Below, in pieces: positions 57,632 to 64,000 of a DNA stretch of 64,000 bases. The notes under the pieces were generated by a model that worked only from the letters and a program-made list of their open reading frames with translations, was not told where the DNA came from and made no database searches. Numbering within the stretch: position 1 is the stretch's first letter; the number at the start of each line of letters is the position of its first letter. Source of the DNA: the human T2T-CHM13v2.0 reference genome, Homo sapiens; NCBI RefSeq assembly GCF_009914755.1, contig NC_060934.1; one strand, given 5' to 3'. The translations under genes were made by a program, and so were the position numbers.

Positions 57632-58120
57632 TCTTTTTTTTGTTTTTTAATTTAAAAACAAATAAAACGTGCACATGAGCAGTCTAATCCTTTTCTTTGC
57701 TGCACAGCTTGGCACTGGGATTGGTGACTCCAGTGGGCAGCTGGGCCACTGTTTCCAGGATGGCTTTGCAGTTCTTGGGGGCAACATTGAGGGCAGTCTC
57801 AGCACACTGAGATGTGTTGCACCTCAGCAGGACCTCCGGCTTCTTGACGGGGTGGACCAGGAGCTTCTGGAAGCCGCTGGGCAGCATGTACTCTGCTGCT
57901 CCCATAACCTGTGCCAGGCATCAAAATTAGGCCCTTGATTCTTCTACCAACCCTGTTGTCAAGAGGAGTTGTTGATGCCTCTGCATTTCTGCCAGTTATG
58001 CTAATTTTGGGATATTGGCCTGACTGGTACTGGATGAACTTCTTGTCCTCTTTATGAGGATCTTGGTCATCATGAGGGGTCCTAGTGCAGCCACAGTGCT
58101 GAGTAGGAGAGGAAGACAAG
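57632..58120 (-). pseudogene. RPL32P23: RPL32 processed pseudogene (probably RPL32P23)
   Basis: Frameshifted RPL32-like peptides ([70 protein letters not shown]...[14 protein letters not shown]). Start mutated to GTG (58094-58092), stop at 57686-57684, intronless, RPL32-like 3' UTR and A-rich tail. Confidence 0.9.
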
Positions 58121-58226
58121 GGGAGGCTGTGTGAAGGGCTGAGGGGACGTGGGCTCTGTCAACTTCTTCTTTTGGGAGCATCGAGTGCTCTCTGAAATGC
58201 ACTCGCCTCTCCCTAAGAGCGGAAGT

Positions 58227-58530
58227 GGGCTGGGTGTGGGGGCTCACACCTGTAATCCCAGCACTTTGGGAAGCTAAGGCAGGAGGATTGCTTGGGACCA
58301 GGAATTTGAGACCAGCCTAGGCAACATAGTGAGACCAGATTCTCTAGAAAAAAATTAAAAATTAGCTGGGTGTGTTGGTGCGTGCCAGTAGTCCCGGCTA
58401 CTCAGCAGGCTGAGGTGGCAGGATCCTTGAGCCTGGAAGGTTGAGGCTGCAGTGAGCTACCGATTGTGCCACTGCACTCCAGCCTAGGCACAGAGCGAGA
58501 CCATGTCTCTACAATTAAAACAAACAAAAA
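58227..58530 (+). mobile_element. Alu (AluJ-like)
   Basis: Forward Alu dimer. Confidence 0.9.
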
Positions 58531-59086
58531 AGAGCAGACCAGCTTCTGGGAACTGAAGGGGGTACCTTTGTCTTCTGAGTGCATGAGCAAGAGAGCGTGA
58601 GGAAGAAAATACAGTATCTTGTTTATTTTAGTTTCTAAACAACTTCACCCTCATCCATAAAGACCCACAGTTTCCCCCAGAAACTTCTGTCAGAGCTTGA
58701 GAAAATAAAAACAAAGACCAAAAACAAAGCAGGGACTTCCTGGGTAATGAAGCCAGAGGATTATTTCATAACAAGCATACTTTTTTCATGTGACATCTGG
58801 AGGGTTAAGTTAGAACAGAGAAGCCAGCCACCTGCCAAGAAGGTCTGAAGAACCCAGAAGCGACATTAGCAAGGGGTTCGTTTCACGGAATCCAAAGGTC
58901 TGTTTCGTCAATCATGGCCAGATGGGGTATTAACAGTATCTCGAATTGACGAAATTCATTTTTTTTCTGAGAAGTTCGAAACTTTTTGTTTGAGTAACCT
59001 CATTCTTCCCCTCCCCAACATGCGATGAAAGATTCTGTTCCTTGTCTGTTAGATGAAGAGACTGAGCTCTGTTGAGATTAGGCTAA

Positions 59087-60045
<959 letters not shown>

Positions 60046-60120
60046 TAACTGTCTTTTTCTGAAAAAGCCAGCTCTCTCCTTTATGACCCATATTTCCCCA
60101 TGTTAGTAACTTATTTGCCT

Positions 60121-60415
60121 TTTTTTTTTTTTTTTTTGAGACAGCAGGATCTTGCTCTGTTGCCCAGGCTGGAGTGCAGTGGCATGATCTCAATGCAGCC
60201 TCTAACTCCCGGGCTCAGGTGATCCTCCCAGTCAGCCTCCCGAGTAGCTGGGATTACAGGCTCGTGCCACCTTGCCTGGCTAATTTTTGTATTTTTTGTA
60301 GAGACAGGGTTTCATCATGCTGCCCAGGCCACTCTCAAACTCCTGGGATCAAGGGATTGAACCATCTCAGCCTCCCAAAGTGTTGGGATTACAGGCGTGA
60401 GCAACTGTGCCTAGC
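60121..60415 (-). mobile_element. Alu (AluJ-like)
   Basis: Reverse Alu dimer. Confidence 0.88.
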
Positions 60416-60489
60416 TTGTCTGCCTTTTTAAGACAAATAATGGAATTCTTCATTTTCTGCCGAGCTCATTTTTGGTGCTCTGTTGCCAC

Positions 60490-61330
60490 TACTATTTATT
60501 GAGTACCTACTATGTGCCAGGTACATAAGTACTTGTATCATATTGAGAATAAGACAGACCAAATCCATGCTATTATAATGCTGCTCAAGTTCTGAGGAGG
60601 TGAACAGACAAGAAGCAAATAATCAGATGAAAATATGGTGTAATGCTCTGGATGGTGAGTCTCACAGAGAAGAACAATGCAGGTAAGTCAATCATGCCAG
60701 GGATGGGGTGGAGAGGATGCTCATTCAGGTGACGAAGTTGAGGAAAGCCATTGGATGGAGCCGGGATACAGTGATGGAACAAACCATGTCTCTGTTTGGG
60801 GGAAGAGCGTCGCTGAGGAGGAAAGACTCGATGTCCCAGGAACAGCAAGCAGGCTGGCGTGACTGCATGAGCCAGGGGCCCAGGTCAGAGATGCAGGTGG
60901 AAAAAGTAGGTAGGGGCTGCGTCAGTGAAGGACTTGTAGGCCAGGTGAGGAGTTTGGGATTGTATTCTGAGTTGATGGGAAACTATGGGAAGGTTGGGAG
61001 CAGAGGAGAAGTGATGGGGTCATTGCATTTGTCAGCCGAAGAGGCGGTGGTGAGGTCTGAGGCCATAGCAGTGGAGACGGTAAGCAGTGACCACTTAGGG
61101 AATCTACTTTAAAAGTGGAACCCACAGAACTTGATTGATTGGATGCAGCAGGGTTGAGTGGGAGGAAAAGAGAAGAATCAACGTGACTCAGATTTCTGGC
61201 TTGCGTACTCAGTGAAAGATGTTGCCAGTTACTAAGATAAGTTACTAAGATAGGGAGCTGGTTAGGATTATGAGGAGCTGAGAGCTCTGCTCCGGCCGTG
61301 GCAATCGGCACCTGCATGGAGATGCTGTAG
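60490..61330. mobile_element. L2 remnant
   Basis: tatttattgagtacctactatgtgccagg and downstream L2-like motifs; degenerate. Confidence 0.6.
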
Positions 61331-61763
61331 AGGTGCTGGACCAACAGCTCATCTGAGAGGCTGTGCTCCAAAGTGGAGCAGAGGGTATGGGGCAGCAGCG
61401 GGAGGCAGTTGTGGGGACTGCAACTGCGAGGTTTCTTTTCAAATAGACTTTGTTTTTAGAGCAGTTTTAGACGCACAGCAAACTCGAGTGGAAGGGAGAG
61501 AGAGTTCCCCTGTGCCTCCTGCCCTCACATCCGCACAGCGCCCCAACTATCAACACCCCGACCAGCGTGGCGCATTTGTTAGAACTGATGAAACTACTTC
61601 ATTTCAACCGAGCGGTGTACGATCTATTCTTCTGGGAGAAAGGGGGGTGAAATTGCAACAGTTAGCCCTTCCTGAAAATAAATATGTGTGGGGGGTATGT
61701 TGGTATATTTCCGAGCACTGTAGCATATTCACCAGTCACCTGCCTGGTGCACTTGGGAGTCAT

Positions 61764-61933
61764 CCACCCCACAGTCCCCTCCACCCCACAGTCCCCTCCA
61801 CCCCACATTCCCCTCCACCCCACAGTCTCCTCCACCCCGCAGTCCCCTCCACCCCCCAGTCTCCTCCACCCCACAGTCTCCTCCACCCCGCAGTCCCCTC
61901 CACCCCCCAGTCCCCTCCACCCCACAGTCCCCT
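61764..61933. repeat. 17-bp C-rich minisatellite, 10 copies
   Basis: Consensus CCACCCCACAGTCCCCT; 170 bp. Confidence 0.97.
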
Positions 61934-62406
61934 TTGGGCGTTTTTGCACAAAGTATTCAGCGCACAGCTTAGTTGCATACACTCAGGTGTGAATAGGTGA
62001 CTACCTGGGATGTTGAAATCCTGGACAGCTGGAATCTGTACACATGGTCTTAAAATGACAATAGCCGTCTAACTGTTTTTGTAGCACCAGGAGCAATGTA
62101 AAGACACACCACCTGTGCACCAGGACAGCACAGAGGTGAGCTCACTATTAGTTTCTAAGTATTTCCAACACTTATATCTTTGGAGTTTTCTTTTTAAATG
62201 TTTAAATCAAACGTCTTGGCTAACGCTTAATCAGGGTCATGTTATTCATGCACACCTCAACATGATTGTGTTTTGGAATATATACCACAATTCTTCCCTT
62301 GTAAATATACCCTGAATATTTAATAAATAGTTGCTCGATGAATTAATTGATGAATTATAATCAAAGTCTGGACACTAGAAGAATAAAGAAGAAAAAAAAG
62401 AAATCT

Positions 62407-62710
<304 letters not shown>

Positions 62711-63268
62711 AGAGATCTGTGCTTGGAGCTTCCAAGGGACAGCAAGAGATAACATGGTGGAAGGTTGTGGGGGATAGAGGTGGTGCTTGTTAGGATAGGG
62801 AGCAGGTCTGAGAGGGGAAATTGGAAGACACCAAGGGCAAGCTTTTCACACTACCCAAACGTTCCAAACCACCACATAAAATGTTTTTTCTCTGCTTTGC
62901 TGTTACTTTTCCTCTTCTTTTTATCTCTACTTTTTCTCTTTCTCTCCTGCTGTTTTCCATTTTGAACATTTCTTCTTTTTTAACTTCTATCCCACTCATT
63001 ATACCAAGATCAAACAATAACTTATACTAATAATTTAGACCTTCTTTTCTTTGGACTTTTAAAATTTTTGTTTTTGAGTGAAATACATGTTTATTGTACA
63101 AAAATTTATATGATCCAAAAGGGGAAAACGATAAAAAGTACATTCCCCTCTACTCCCTGTCCCAAGCTACCCACTTACCCTCCCCCGAGATGAACCAGTT
63201 TTTTGGTGTGCATTTGTCCAGAGAGTTTTCTAAGTGTGTAGGAGCATGTTGCATACATAGTCATCAGT

Positions 63269-64000
63269 GCTGTCTAGACACTCAGAAGGCAGACAAGGAG
63301 ATGGATTTGGGATTGCAGGATACTGATTGGGATCAACCTCTGTGAAAAGACGGGGAAGGAAGAAACAGGACTGGGCAGCGGGAGAAGCCAAACTGCCACA
63401 CAACCTTTGCCAGCCATGGGAGCTGCAGAGCACCTGGCGGGTCAGTCATCCTGGGGTGCGCCGGCATGGCCGACCCTGTCTGCTCCCACCACTATCTGTC
63501 ATTTTGGATCCTGTGAAGAAGGGTATCCAAGTGGGTGAGGTAGTTCTCTACAGCTGAGGCCAACCAGAATACAACTCTGGCTAAAGTCTATCTGCTGTTA
63601 GCTCCCAGCAGCTGGCTATGTCCTTCGTTGGGGGCCTGGTTGGGCACCTCTGTGTTCCCTTTCATCCATCTCAGCACTGCTCGGATAGACTTCTCCATGG
63701 ACACCAAGAAACAGGCCCTCCAGCTTGCTGCTGACCTCTCTTCTGGGGAAAGTGAGGAGAGGGAGGTTAAAAGGAAGACCTGCAACTCCTGCTGCCGCCG
63801 CTGTCCCTGAGCCACAGCAGATGCTCATCCTCACCTGCACCCTGTGTCCTGGAGAGCCGCAGGCCCAGCCACCATCTTTGCTGGTCTTGGGGGCTTACCT
63901 GGTGGGGTGGTCAGCCCTCATCCCTGGGGGGTCTGTGTCCCTGGTCATCATGTCCTTCTTAGGCCAGAAAGGATACACTAGTCCAGTTGGCATCACAAAT
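63269..64000. mobile_element. Old ERVL-class LTR/internal remnant
   Basis: Resembles LTR16/LTR33-type and ERVL internal sequence by eye; family uncertain. Confidence 0.4.

Noticed and set aside
61488-62000. Pro/Gly-rich ORFs on both strands
   Set aside because: Produced by the stop-free 17-bp minisatellite.

Overview
Human genomic DNA from the IL2RA (CD25, interleukin-2 receptor alpha) locus, chr10p15.1. The gene lies on the minus strand. Coding exons 1-7 (794 of 819 coding nt) are in the window; exon 8 and the 3' UTR lie beyond position 1. Intron 1 is 35,538 bp, and about 15.5 kb of upstream DNA follows. The classical regulatory elements are recognisable by motif: PRRI (NF-kB/CArG), PRRII (Ets/poly-T), PRRIII (tandem STAT5), PRRIV (intronic GAS pair), a Smad palindrome near -7.6 kb and a MEF2/AP-1 intronic enhancer. 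Also present are an RPL32 processed pseudogene, a SNORA14-like H/ACA copy in intron 7, many Alu/L1/LTR/DNA-transposon remnants and several tandem repeats. I see no new protein-coding system: ORFs outside IL2RA exons and the pseudogene look like repeat-derived or chance frames. The most intriguing unexplained structure is a set of old local duplications in proximal intron 1 bracketing PRRIV. By my unverified recollection, two autoimmune-associated SNPs fall on the same paralogous base of the two copies. Other leads: the sense-strand snoRNA copy with H and ACA boxes, a dense GAS cluster at the exon 1 donor, an Alu polarity switch at exon 3, and a sense LTR with a poly(A) signal. SNP identities, reference lengths, element names and repeat subfamilies are from memory or by eye and need checking.
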